Of a stretch of 32,000 bases of DNA, positions 16,628 to 24,283 are shown piece after piece (the first letter of the stretch is position 1; the number at the start of each line of letters is the position of its first letter). The notes under the pieces are model-generated. The model did not search any database. It saw only the letters and a list, made by a program, of their open reading frames with translations, and was not told the DNA's origin. A program made the position numbers and the translations under genes. This stretch comes from Geobacter sulfurreducens PCA. Lineage in GTDB: Bacteria > Desulfobacterota > Desulfuromonadia > Geobacterales > Geobacteraceae. The stretch is taken from contig NC_002939.5 in NCBI RefSeq assembly GCF_000007985.2, positions 3,240,001-3,272,000 on the forward strand. The letters run 5' to 3'.

Positions 16628-17683
16628 CTACCCCAGCCGACGAAACGCCGACGCCTTGATCGCCACGTAGACCTCGCTCCCCACCACCAGCTCCAGCTCC
16701 CGGGCCGCCTCGGCGGCCACCTCCGCCACCAGGCGCTCCCTGCCGCAGGCAAGCTCGACCCCTTCCTTGCGCCCCGATTTGAATACGCCCGCCACGGTGC
16801 ACCGGAGGAGATTCCGGGCACTGATGGCCTCGGGATGTTTCCTGAACAGGATCATGTCCTTGGATGACAGCTCGAAGAGGTGCTCTTCTCCGGCGGGAGG
16901 GGTGTTGAGCACCAGCCGGCTGTCGCCCCAGGCATAGGAAAAAAGGGTTCCCCGAGGCTGCGGGTCGGTCAACCGAAGGAGATTGATGTACCCGACCGGA
17001 CTGGTTCCCATCCGGACGCGGGCAAGCTCGTCCGGCGTGGTATCGGCTGCCTGGCGTCCCCGATCGTAGACGATCACCCGGTCGGTCATCAGGCGCATCT
17101 CCACCAGGGAATGGGAAATGAAGAGGTACGGGATGGAGAACGTTTCGCAGGCCCCACGCAGATACGGGATGATCTGGAAGCGCAGGGAATCGTCCAGCGC
17201 CGACAGGGGCTCATCCATCAACAGCAGCCGCGGATTGGAAAGGAGAGCGCGCCCAAGGGCCACGCGCTGTTTCTCGCCGCCGGAAAGATTCGTGACACCG
17301 CGGCCCAGGAGGTGGCCGATCCTGAGCACGTCAACGATATCATCGATGTGGATGTGACGGTTGGCCACGGCACAGCGTTTCCAGCCGTAGAGGAGATTGC
17401 CCTTGACCGACAGGTGGGGAAACAGGTGCGGATGCTGGAAGACCAGCGCGATCCGGCGCTTCTCGGGCGGCAGATCCAGCCGGGCGGCACCGGAGAAAAG
17501 CGTCTCGCCGTCCAGGACAATTTCACCGCTGTCGGGGCATGCGAGGCCGGCCAGCACATTGACCAGGGTCGACTTGCCGCTCCCCGACTCCCCAAAGATA
17601 CCGATCCTGCTCCCCGAAGCCGTAAAGTCGGCGCGGAGACGGAACTCGCCGAAGGACTTCGCCATCCTCACTATCAACTCCAC
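16628..17683 (-). CDS. modC: molybdate ABC transporter ATP-binding protein with TOBE domain
   Basis: 351 aa. Walker A GESGSGKST, LSGGEKQR, LLLMDEPLSALD, and a C-terminal TOBE/Mop-like domain. Follows modB with a 1-nt gap. Confidence 0.9.
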   Translation of the reverse strand: MELIVRMAKSFGEFRLRADFTASGSRIGIFGESGSGKSTLVNVLAGLACPDSGEIVLDGETLFSGAARLDLPPEKRRIALVFQHPHLFPHLSVKGNLLYGWKRCAVANRHIHIDDIVDVLRIGHLLGRGVTNLSGGEKQRVALGRALLSNPRLLLMDEPLSALDDSLRFQIIPYLRGACETFSIPYLFISHSLVEMRLMTDRVIVYDRGRQAADTTPDELARVRMGTSPVGYINLLRLTDPQPRGTLFSYAWGDSRLVLNTPPAGEEHLFELSSKDMILFRKHPEAISARNLLRCTVAGVFKSGRKEGVELACGRERLVAEVAAEAARELELVVGSEVYVAIKASAFRRLG

Positions 17684-17684
17684 C

Positions 17685-18368
17685 TCAGTCCCTCCTCATC
17701 ATGCGCCGCCCCACATATTCGTGAACAAAGAGAACAGCCAGGGAAAGCCCCGCCGACACGAGGCAGAGGGTGAGTGCAGCCTGTTCGCCGCCCGGAGAGC
17801 CGGCATACTCGTAGATGGCCAGGGGCATGGTCTGGGTGACACCGGGAATGTTGCCGGCGATGATGATCGTTGCTCCGAACTCGCCGAGACTGCGGCCGAA
17901 CATGAGAGATGAGCCGGCCACGATCCCCCGGAGCGAAAGGGGCAGAATGACCGTGAGCAGGGTATCGTACCAGTGGGCGCCCAGACTGCGGGATGCCTGG
18001 ATCAGACGTTCATCGATGGATTCCATGGCAATGCGGATGGAGCGGACCAGAAGCGGAAAGCCCACCACCGCGGAAGCGATCACCGCGGCATACCAGGTAA
18101 AAATGATCCGGATGCCCACCTCGTTCAGCATCCCGCCGAGCCAGCCCTTTTTCCCCAGCAGTAACAGGAGCAGGTAACCGATCACCACCGGCGGCAGCGT
18201 AAGCGGCAGATTGAGAAACGCCTCCACCAGCGTCTTCCCCCGGAACGGGAGATAGCTCATGACATACGCGACGGCAATGCCGAAGGGAAGGGATACGACG
18301 GTAGCCGCCACGGCCACCTTCGCCGACAATCGTATGGCATCAATGTCTGCCGGGGTGAATGGACCCAT
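17685..18368 (-). CDS. modB: molybdate ABC transporter permease
   Basis: 227 aa, CysTW/ModB-type permease with EAA loop QASRSLGAHWYDTLLTVILPL. Confidence 0.9.
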   Translation of the reverse strand: MGPFTPADIDAIRLSAKVAVAATVVSLPFGIAVAYVMSYLPFRGKTLVEAFLNLPLTLPPVVIGYLLLLLLGKKGWLGGMLNEVGIRIIFTWYAAVIASAVVGFPLLVRSIRIAMESIDERLIQASRSLGAHWYDTLLTVILPLSLRGIVAGSSLMFGRSLGEFGATIIIAGNIPGVTQTMPLAIYEYAGSPGGEQAALTLCLVSAGLSLAVLFVHEYVGRRMMRRD

Positions 18369-18371
18369 GGG

Positions 18372-19124
18372 CTACTTCACCGCAAAGCCGTATTTTTCGA
18401 GAACCTTCCGGGCCTCGGCCGACTGGAGGAAGCGCAGGAACTCCACGGCCTCCTTCTTGCCGGTCCCGGTCGTGGTGAGGGCCATGGGGTAGATGACCCG
18501 ATCATGGAGCCCTTCGGGCACGGCGAACAGAATACGGGCCTGCTTCCCCAGTAGCAGCGCGTCGGTCCGGTAGACGAACGCGCCATCCACTTCACCCAGC
18601 TCGGCGTACTTCATCGCTTCACGCACGTCCTTGGCCATGACGAGCTTACCATCCAGCGCCTTGTCGATGCCGGCAGCCTTGAACGATTCCATGGCGTACT
18701 CGCCAGCTGGTACGCTGCCAGGGCTGCCGATGGCGATCTTCCTGAGTTTCGCCAGGTCCTTCATCCCCGCTACCGGCTGTTTCGTGGTGCCCGCGAACAC
18801 CAGCGAGTTATACGCAAAAGCGCAACGGCTCGCCTCGTCTGTAAGTTTGCGGTTCTGGAGATAATCCACCCACTCCCTGTTCGCGGAAATGAACAGGTCG
18901 GCCGGCGCCCCCTGCTCGATCTGCTTGGCCAAGGCGCCCGATGCGCCGTAGTTCTTCAGAAACGTGATTCCGGGCTTCTTTTTCCCGTACTCGGCCGTGA
19001 GCTCATTGATCGCCTCCTTGAGACTCGCGGCCACGGAAAGGCTGAGCTCGGCGGCCGGGGCGGCGTTCGACAGAAACAGGATGCAACAGAAGGCGAAGAC
19101 CAGGTTTTTCATAACGGTTCGCAT
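18372..19124 (-). CDS. modA: molybdate ABC transporter periplasmic binding protein
   Basis: ATG at 19124 preceded by AAAGGAG. Signal peptide MRTVMKNLVFAFCCILFLSNAAPA followed by a ModA-type PBP2 domain (ISANREW, GSPGSVPAGEY). Confidence 0.9.
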   Translation of the reverse strand: MRTVMKNLVFAFCCILFLSNAAPAAELSLSVAASLKEAINELTAEYGKKKPGITFLKNYGASGALAKQIEQGAPADLFISANREWVDYLQNRKLTDEASRCAFAYNSLVFAGTTKQPVAGMKDLAKLRKIAIGSPGSVPAGEYAMESFKAAGIDKALDGKLVMAKDVREAMKYAELGEVDGAFVYRTDALLLGKQARILFAVPEGLHDRVIYPMALTTTGTGKKEAVEFLRFLQSAEARKVLEKYGFAVK

Positions 19125-19161
19125 CGATGAATCTCCTTTTGTATAAGAGTACCCCCTGGCT

Positions 19162-20013
19162 TCACACCACCGGCTCCAACCGCACGCCGATGTCAGCCGG
19201 CCGGCCGAAATAGGCCGACGAGAGGACCAGGATGTCAACGCCGGTGGCGGCGTAAACCGCCGCGTTCGACTCGTTGATGCCGCCTGCGGCCGAAATCCTG
19301 GTCATCGGCGCCAGCTTTCTCAGTTGCGGTACAAGCGCCGAAAGATCGGCGGGAGCAACCTTGTCGATCTGAAGGACATCGGGACCGGCGGCGGCCACGG
19401 CCACAGCATCGGCGACACTCTCCGCCTCGACCATGATGGCGGTCTCCGGCGCCCTTTTCCTAAGGTCGCCGATCATGCCGAGGAACGGCTCCAGTCCGCC
19501 CAGGAACGCAGTGTGCTGCCGGAAAACAAGAATCGTCTCCGACAAACCGAGCCGGTGAGGGACTGCACCGGCCGCGGTAATTGCCTTGATGGAAATCTTC
19601 CTCGTGCCGGGGAACGACTTGCGGGTGGTAGTCACCACAACGGCCGGGTTGACGGCCCGGGCCACCGCAATGATCCGGGCAGTGCGGGTGGCAATCCCCG
19701 AGGCATACTCCAGAAGGTTGAGGGCCACCTTCCAGCCCGCATGGAGGGATCCGGCCTCTCCGTCGGCAACCAGAAACTCCACCCCGGCAGAAAGGCGGGT
19801 TCCGCTTTCCTCCATCCGCCCCACACGGGCACCGCACCGATCCAGGAGGCGGCCGGCCTCCTCGGTACCGCAGAGAACGGTTTCTTCCCGGGTGGAAAAG
19901 GTGATTCGCCCCTTCTGACGGCCAATGCCGAGAAGATGTGTGGTGAGGTCGCCGTAGGGACAATCCTCTTCAAAAAAGCGATCGAGCTCGCTGTCCGGCA
20001 GACGGTCCAACAT
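19162..20013 (-). CDS. modD: ModD protein (quinolinate phosphoribosyltransferase-fold, molybdenum-utilisation associated)
   Basis: 283 aa. N-terminal FFEEDCPYGDLTT and a QPRTase-like TIM-barrel C-terminal region. First gene of the modDABC unit. Confidence 0.8.
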   Translation of the reverse strand: MLDRLPDSELDRFFEEDCPYGDLTTHLLGIGRQKGRITFSTREETVLCGTEEAGRLLDRCGARVGRMEESGTRLSAGVEFLVADGEAGSLHAGWKVALNLLEYASGIATRTARIIAVARAVNPAVVVTTTRKSFPGTRKISIKAITAAGAVPHRLGLSETILVFRQHTAFLGGLEPFLGMIGDLRKRAPETAIMVEAESVADAVAVAAAGPDVLQIDKVAPADLSALVPQLRKLAPMTRISAAGGINESNAAVYAATGVDILVLSSAYFGRPADIGVRLEPVV

Positions 20014-20146
20014 GTTGTTCTCCCGGGGCCCCCCTGGCGGTGCCCTTCAATTTCCTTTACGCAAGCTAGATGCCGAAAAGCCCGCCCGGGCCTAACCCAT
20101 TTGTTTGATTGTCTTTTCCGACAACACCTCATTCTCGCCAGGCAAA

Positions 20147-20170
20147 CGCTATAACCTTCATGACATAACG
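20147..20170. promoter_or_regulatory. ModE-binding box
   Basis: CGCTATAACCTTCATGACATAACG is CGnTAT-N12-ATAnCG. It has the same architecture as, and is close in sequence to, the E. coli modA operator CGTTATATTGTCGCCTACATAACG as I recall it. Confidence 0.65.
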
Positions 20171-20178
20171 ATAGGCAC

Positions 20179-20230
20179 AAAAAAAGGGGAGCGCACATTC
20201 TTTGGGCAGGCCGACCCCTGTGCTCTCCCC
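20179..20230 (-). terminator. rho-independent terminator of modE
   Basis: On the minus strand, GGGGAGAGCACA (20230-20219) pairs with TGTGCGCTCCCC (20197-20186): a 12-bp stem with one mismatch, followed by a T7 run (20185-20179). Confidence 0.8.
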
Positions 20231-20248
20231 CGGAACAACGGCCCCCTG

Positions 20249-21064
20249 TCAGCTGACGCCGAGAATCACACTCGATGCCTTGAACAGGGCGCAGGCGTGT
20301 CCACCCTCCTTGAGGCCGAGCCGTACGGCGCTTTCATGGGTAATGACGGCACTGATGGTATTCCCGGCGCCGATCTCCACATCCACCTCAGTACTGACCG
20401 GCCCCTCGATTACCTTGACGATGGTGCCGCACATGATGTTGCGGGCACTCACCTTGGCGTCGTGCAGGTCAGTGCCGATAATGATCGAACTGGCCTTGAC
20501 GATGGCATAGGCGTCCTTGCCAACGGCAAGCCCCAGGCTGTCGATGCTGGCATTGGTCACGACCGCCGTTACGGGGGTTCCTCCCTTGAGCGTGAGGGAC
20601 ACTTCGGCGTTGACCGCCCCCTTGGTGATCCCGCTGACCGTGCCGAGAAATACGTTCCGCGCGCTTACTTTCATGGCTATCCTCCTCAGGAATGTGTAGA
20701 GGCTGTCGCCGTTGACGAGCCGCTCCGAAATGGAGTCGAGAAATCTGCGATGTTCCTCCTGGATGATGCTGAACTGCTCAATGAGCTCTGTCCCCGCCTG
20801 GGTGAGACGGGTACCCCCTCCCCCCTTGCCGCCGGCCGTCCGCTCCACCAGCGGCCGATCGGCCATGTTGTTCAGGTGGTTCACCATGTCCCAGGCGGTC
20901 TTGTAGCTGACCCCCACGGCCTTGGCAGCTTTGGTTATGGAGCCGTACTCTCCGATCTTTTCCAGGAGCCCAATCCGATCGCTCCCCAGAAACTTGCGGT
21001 CCGCCTTGTGGAGCCAGAGTGTTCCCGCCACCTCCATATCATGCCCACTGCATTTCATGGTCAT
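20249..21064 (-). CDS. modE: molybdate-responsive transcriptional regulator ModE (HTH plus two Mop/TOBE domains)
   Basis: HTH SITKAAKAVGVSYKTAW, the GGKGGGGT motif, and two Mop repeats each beginning VSARN. The start is uncertain (ATG at 21064, 21058 or 21037). 21037 gives 262 aa and aligns with the E. coli ModE N-terminus. Confidence 0.85.
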   Translation of the reverse strand: MTMKCSGHDMEVAGTLWLHKADRKFLGSDRIGLLEKIGEYGSITKAAKAVGVSYKTAWDMVNHLNNMADRPLVERTAGGKGGGGTRLTQAGTELIEQFSIIQEEHRRFLDSISERLVNGDSLYTFLRRIAMKVSARNVFLGTVSGITKGAVNAEVSLTLKGGTPVTAVVTNASIDSLGLAVGKDAYAIVKASSIIIGTDLHDAKVSARNIMCGTIVKVIEGPVSTEVDVEIGAGNTISAVITHESAVRLGLKEGGHACALFKASSVILGVS

Positions 21065-21182
21065 TGGTATCCCGTGGTAACCAGACGAAGCACTCCGGCG
21101 CAGCATTTAGTAATCAAGCATATCGCCGTAATCCCGCCTGTAAAGCGCGAAGGGTTCAAAGTCCGGACATGCCCGGCCCGAC

Positions 21183-21731
21183 TCAGGCCAGCATCTTCTC
21201 GAGGATTTCGCCGGCCGTTTTCACGTAACCGGGACAGGCGCTGGTGAAGAGACCCTTGTCGGCTGCCGCCTTGATCCCCTCGGCGGTCCCCATGTCCACT
21301 TTGAGAAGTTTCGAGCAGGAGGTCTCTCCGCATCTCTTGCGGAATTCGGCTATGAATTCTGTAACTTTTACCATGGTCCTGCCGGTGTCGGGACCATATT
21401 TCAGCCCCAGCACGGCCACCGCGCCGGCGACGGCTCCGCACTCGCTCCCCAGCCCCATGCCGCCGGCAAACCCGGTTCCCATCTTACCCGCAACGTCAGC
21501 CGGCACGCCGAAGGACGGTCCGTAGACTTCGCAGATGGCCTGCGAGCAGTTCATGGATGCAAGAAAGCGTTTCGACGCTTTCGCGGGCCGATCAACCGGT
21601 TTCTCAATCGGCCCGGCCGCCTCGGCGGCGACGGCAAGCCCCCTGCCGGACAGCAGCACACCGGCCGCGTCTACGGATATTTTCAGGACCTGGCGCCTAC
21701 TTACCGCACTGTCCTTATCGACCACATCCAT
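21183..21731 (-). CDS. C_GCAxxG_C_C-family redox protein with twin-arginine signal
   Basis: ATG at 21731 with SD GAGG 8 nt upstream. Tat motif SRRQVLK. Family cysteines NCSQAI, ECGAVAG, CSKLL and ACPGYV. Confidence 0.8.
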   Translation of the reverse strand: MDVVDKDSAVSRRQVLKISVDAAGVLLSGRGLAVAAEAAGPIEKPVDRPAKASKRFLASMNCSQAICEVYGPSFGVPADVAGKMGTGFAGGMGLGSECGAVAGAVAVLGLKYGPDTGRTMVKVTEFIAEFRKRCGETSCSKLLKVDMGTAEGIKAAADKGLFTSACPGYVKTAGEILEKMLA

Positions 21732-22117
21732 TCCTGTCACCTCTTATCGGTTGTGAATTCGACCGGGATTCCCCCGGTTGAGCCGCATCAGTATAGCAGA
21801 ACCATTCGGAGCAGCAATCGCCCTGCCGGTACCGACCCATCGCGCCAGCTTCCGGCCACAGCCTGTCGAAGCTTTCAGCAGGTTTCATGCCGCACACTCC
21901 TCCGCATCGCAACAGCCTTTAATCATGGGACATTTGACAACTCGCCTTTCCGCGCCACAATCGGCCCTGCCTAATTACCCGGCAGAGCTGTTGTTTCATT
22001 AGGTACTGGAAAAAAATGAGGCATAAAAAAAATATACATATTGTAAACAAAATTCACAGTGCTACCATGAAATTTGTCTAACCAATTCCACCGATGGCAA
22101 AAGAGGAGGAGAAAGGA

Positions 22118-22609
22118 ATGAAAGTCATTGATTTTGCCTTGGAAATGGAGGAGATGGGAAAAGACTACTTTCGACGCCTGGCTTCCGAAGCGAGCATGAA
22201 TGGGGTGAGAACCGTCTTTACCATTCTTGCGGAGGAGCAGCAGGAACTCTACGACACCTTTCTGGCCATAAAACGGGGAGCGTCAGCCCACTGCAATGCG
22301 GACTCCCAAGCTCTGGAGCGGGCACGGGAAGCCTTTGCGAAGATATTCGCCCCCGATGGCGCCCACCTTGCCCTGCTCAAGACCGACCTGGCAGCCTACG
22401 AGCACGCCATGCAGGTGGAAGCGGCCATCGTCAGCTTCTGCGAAGAACTGGCCGAGCGGGAGCGCGACGAGGAAGCCCGGGCGCTCCTGCGGGAAATAGC
22501 CGCCGAGGAGCGCCGGCACTACGACACGGTAGAGAGCATTCACGACTTTGTCGCTGCGCCCCGGTGGCACCTCTGCTGGGGCGAATCCTGTAACCTGCGG
22601 GAGATGTAG
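22118..22609 (+). CDS. ferritin-like / rubrerythrin-family four-helix-bundle protein (no rubredoxin domain)
   Basis: ATG at 22118 preceded by GAGGAGGAGAAAGGA. Helical repeats with EMEEMGKDYF and AAEERRHYD (ExxH). C-terminus is CWGESC. Confidence 0.7.
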   Translation: MKVIDFALEMEEMGKDYFRRLASEASMNGVRTVFTILAEEQQELYDTFLAIKRGASAHCNADSQALERAREAFAKIFAPDGAHLALLKTDLAAYEHAMQVEAAIVSFCEELAERERDEEARALLREIAAEERRHYDTVESIHDFVAAPRWHLCWGESCNLREM

Positions 22610-22841
22610 TCGCCATCAGGGCGTTTCCCCGCAGCTGACCATTGGAGCCCGGCTCACGCCGCCGCGGAGCGCGGGGCTGCAATCTTATCGACGATCTGCC
22701 GGGCGGGCTGTTCCTGGCGGCAATGGTTGGCGCGAGGATAACGCGTGTTTTTTCTGCGGGAGGGTCGCCGGTCCCCGTTCATCCGCTGATAGTACCTGCT
22801 GGAAGACAGAGGCCCGACGTCGCTCCTGAAAGGAGGAAGCA

Positions 22842-23102
22842 ATGAAAGTACTTGGTTTAACCTTTGCCGTCATGCTTCTGGCGCTGCTCGTCGTCCTCTC
22901 CGTCCTGGCCCATGCGGCCGCTCCCGTTCCGCCGGAACCCGAGGATCCGGGCATGCTCGCGGGAGCGCTCCTGGGGTTTGCCTCCTTTGTAGTGGCCACC
23001 AAGCTTATTCCGGGCATCATCCGCTTCGCATCCATCATCGATGAGGAGACGGTCAGCCCGAACCACGCTGCCATCGCCGAAACCGGCGACGGTGGCACGT
23101 GA
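22842..23102 (+). CDS. small secreted/membrane protein of unknown function
   Basis: 86 aa with a strong SD (AAAGGAGG) 5 nt upstream. Signal peptide ending AHA/AA, a Pro/Glu-rich linker PVPPEPEDPG, a second hydrophobic helix, and an acidic tail. Confidence 0.55.
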   Translation: MKVLGLTFAVMLLALLVVLSVLAHAAAPVPPEPEDPGMLAGALLGFASFVVATKLIPGIIRFASIIDEETVSPNHAAIAETGDGGT

Positions 23103-23122
23103 TACCCGCCGCCACAGCCGTC

Positions 23123-23170
23123 CACCCTCCCCCCGGGTCGCCAACCGTCATGGCCGACCGGGGGAGGGTG
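23123..23170 (+). terminator. long GC hairpin after the small membrane protein gene (no U-tract)
   Basis: CACCCTCCCCCGG-type left arm (from 23123) pairs with CCGGGGGAGGGTG (23158-23170): a stem of about 13 bp. No T-run follows it. Confidence 0.45.
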
Positions 23171-23294
23171 TGCGCCCCGCCGACTTACGGCATGTCATCC
23201 GCACTGGTAATACGCATACGATTGTGATAGTGTTAGGCGTTTTCAAGTTCTGCCATCATGCGTTATGTCACCGTGAGCGGGATGCGGAGCGCCC

Positions 23295-24242
23295 ATGCCC
23301 AACAACGACAGCTTCTACAAGAAGGTCCTCGACAATCTCTACGACGGCATCTACTTTGTGGACGAACAGCGTCGGATCACCTACTGGAACAAGGGTGCGC
23401 AGATGCTGACGGGCTATGGGGAGAAGGAAGTCATCGGCCGAAATTGTCATGACATCTTTCTCCACCTCGATTCCAACGGCAACGGCATTTGCTCCGATGC
23501 GTGCCCCATCGAAAAGACCATCACCGACGGCCGAAAACGGGATGAGGAGAGCTTTCTCCACCACAAGGACGGCCACCTGGTTCCGGTCTGCCTCAGGGTG
23601 GCTCCGATTCAGGATACCGATGGCCAGATGGTGGTGGCAGTCGAGGTGACCGGCGACCACTCCCCGCGCCACGCCCTGCGCCAGCAGCTGGAAAATCTCC
23701 AGCGCCTCGCCCTCTGCGACCCACTTACCACCATCGCCAACCGCCGCTACGTGGAAATGAGCCTCAACTCGCGCCTGGAAGAAATGCGACGGTACGGCTG
23801 GCACTTCGGCATCCTCTTCCTGGACGTTGACCACTTCAAGCAGATCAACGACACCCATGGCCACGACACCGGCGACCGGGTACTCAAGATGGTGGCCAAG
23901 ACCCTGGTGAACAGCGCCCGCTCTTTCGACGTGGTTGGCCGCTGGGGGGGCGAGGAGTTCATTGCCGTGCTCGCCAACATATCGCGTCGGCAGCTGCCGC
24001 GCATCGCAGACAGGTTCCGGCACCTGGTTGAACAGTCGAGTTTCCGTCTGGACGATCGGCTGCTCCGGGTCACTGTCTCCGTTGGCGCCACCATGTCCCA
24101 CCTGGATGACACGGTCGAATCACTGGTGCAGCGGGCCGACACGCTCATGTACCGGAGCAAGCAGGCAGGCCGCAACTGTGTGAGCATCGGCTTCGGCGAA
24201 GAGATGCCGGAAACATCGGCCACCCCGTCCGCGTCACCCTGA
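23295..24242 (+). CDS. PAS-domain diguanylate cyclase (GGDEF)
   Basis: 315 aa. N-terminal PAS domain (YDGIYFVDEQRRITYWNKGAQMLTGY). GGDEF domain with DPLT, FLDVDHFKQINDTHGH and active-site RWGGEEF. Confidence 0.9.
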   Translation: MPNNDSFYKKVLDNLYDGIYFVDEQRRITYWNKGAQMLTGYGEKEVIGRNCHDIFLHLDSNGNGICSDACPIEKTITDGRKRDEESFLHHKDGHLVPVCLRVAPIQDTDGQMVVAVEVTGDHSPRHALRQQLENLQRLALCDPLTTIANRRYVEMSLNSRLEEMRRYGWHFGILFLDVDHFKQINDTHGHDTGDRVLKMVAKTLVNSARSFDVVGRWGGEEFIAVLANISRRQLPRIADRFRHLVEQSSFRLDDRLLRVTVSVGATMSHLDDTVESLVQRADTLMYRSKQAGRNCVSIGFGEEMPETSATPSASP

Positions 24243-24283
24243 CGCGGGGCACCCGTCCACTACCGACTGCAACGAGGAACCCC

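Noticed and set aside
21745-21785. Minus-strand GGGGGAATCCCGGTCGAATTCACAACCG, which loosely resembles the GGGAA...GGTG.AA.TCC core of cobalamin riboswitches
   Set aside because: The B12 box (GCCACTG-like with flanking CCCGC) and the other conserved junction nucleotides are absent, and the downstream gene has no cobalamin link.
21981-21994. sigma54-like element GGCAG-AGCTG-TTGT upstream of the ferritin-like gene
   Set aside because: The -24 GG is present but the -12 element is TTGT instead of TTGC. It lies about 125 nt from the start codon, and no enhancer-binding protein gene is nearby. The match is too weak to call.
22842-23102. Possible PEP-CTERM sorting signal (PEPEDPG followed by a hydrophobic helix) in the small membrane protein
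   Set aside because: The motif is not C-terminal. The helix is followed by a 30-residue acidic tail rather than a short Arg/Lys cluster, and no exosortase gene is nearby.
23400-23470. LOV-like GRNC motif in the PAS domain of the diguanylate cyclase
   Set aside because: The sequence is GRNCHDIF, not GRNCRFLQ. The flavin-contacting Arg, Gln and Asn residues of LOV domains are not present.
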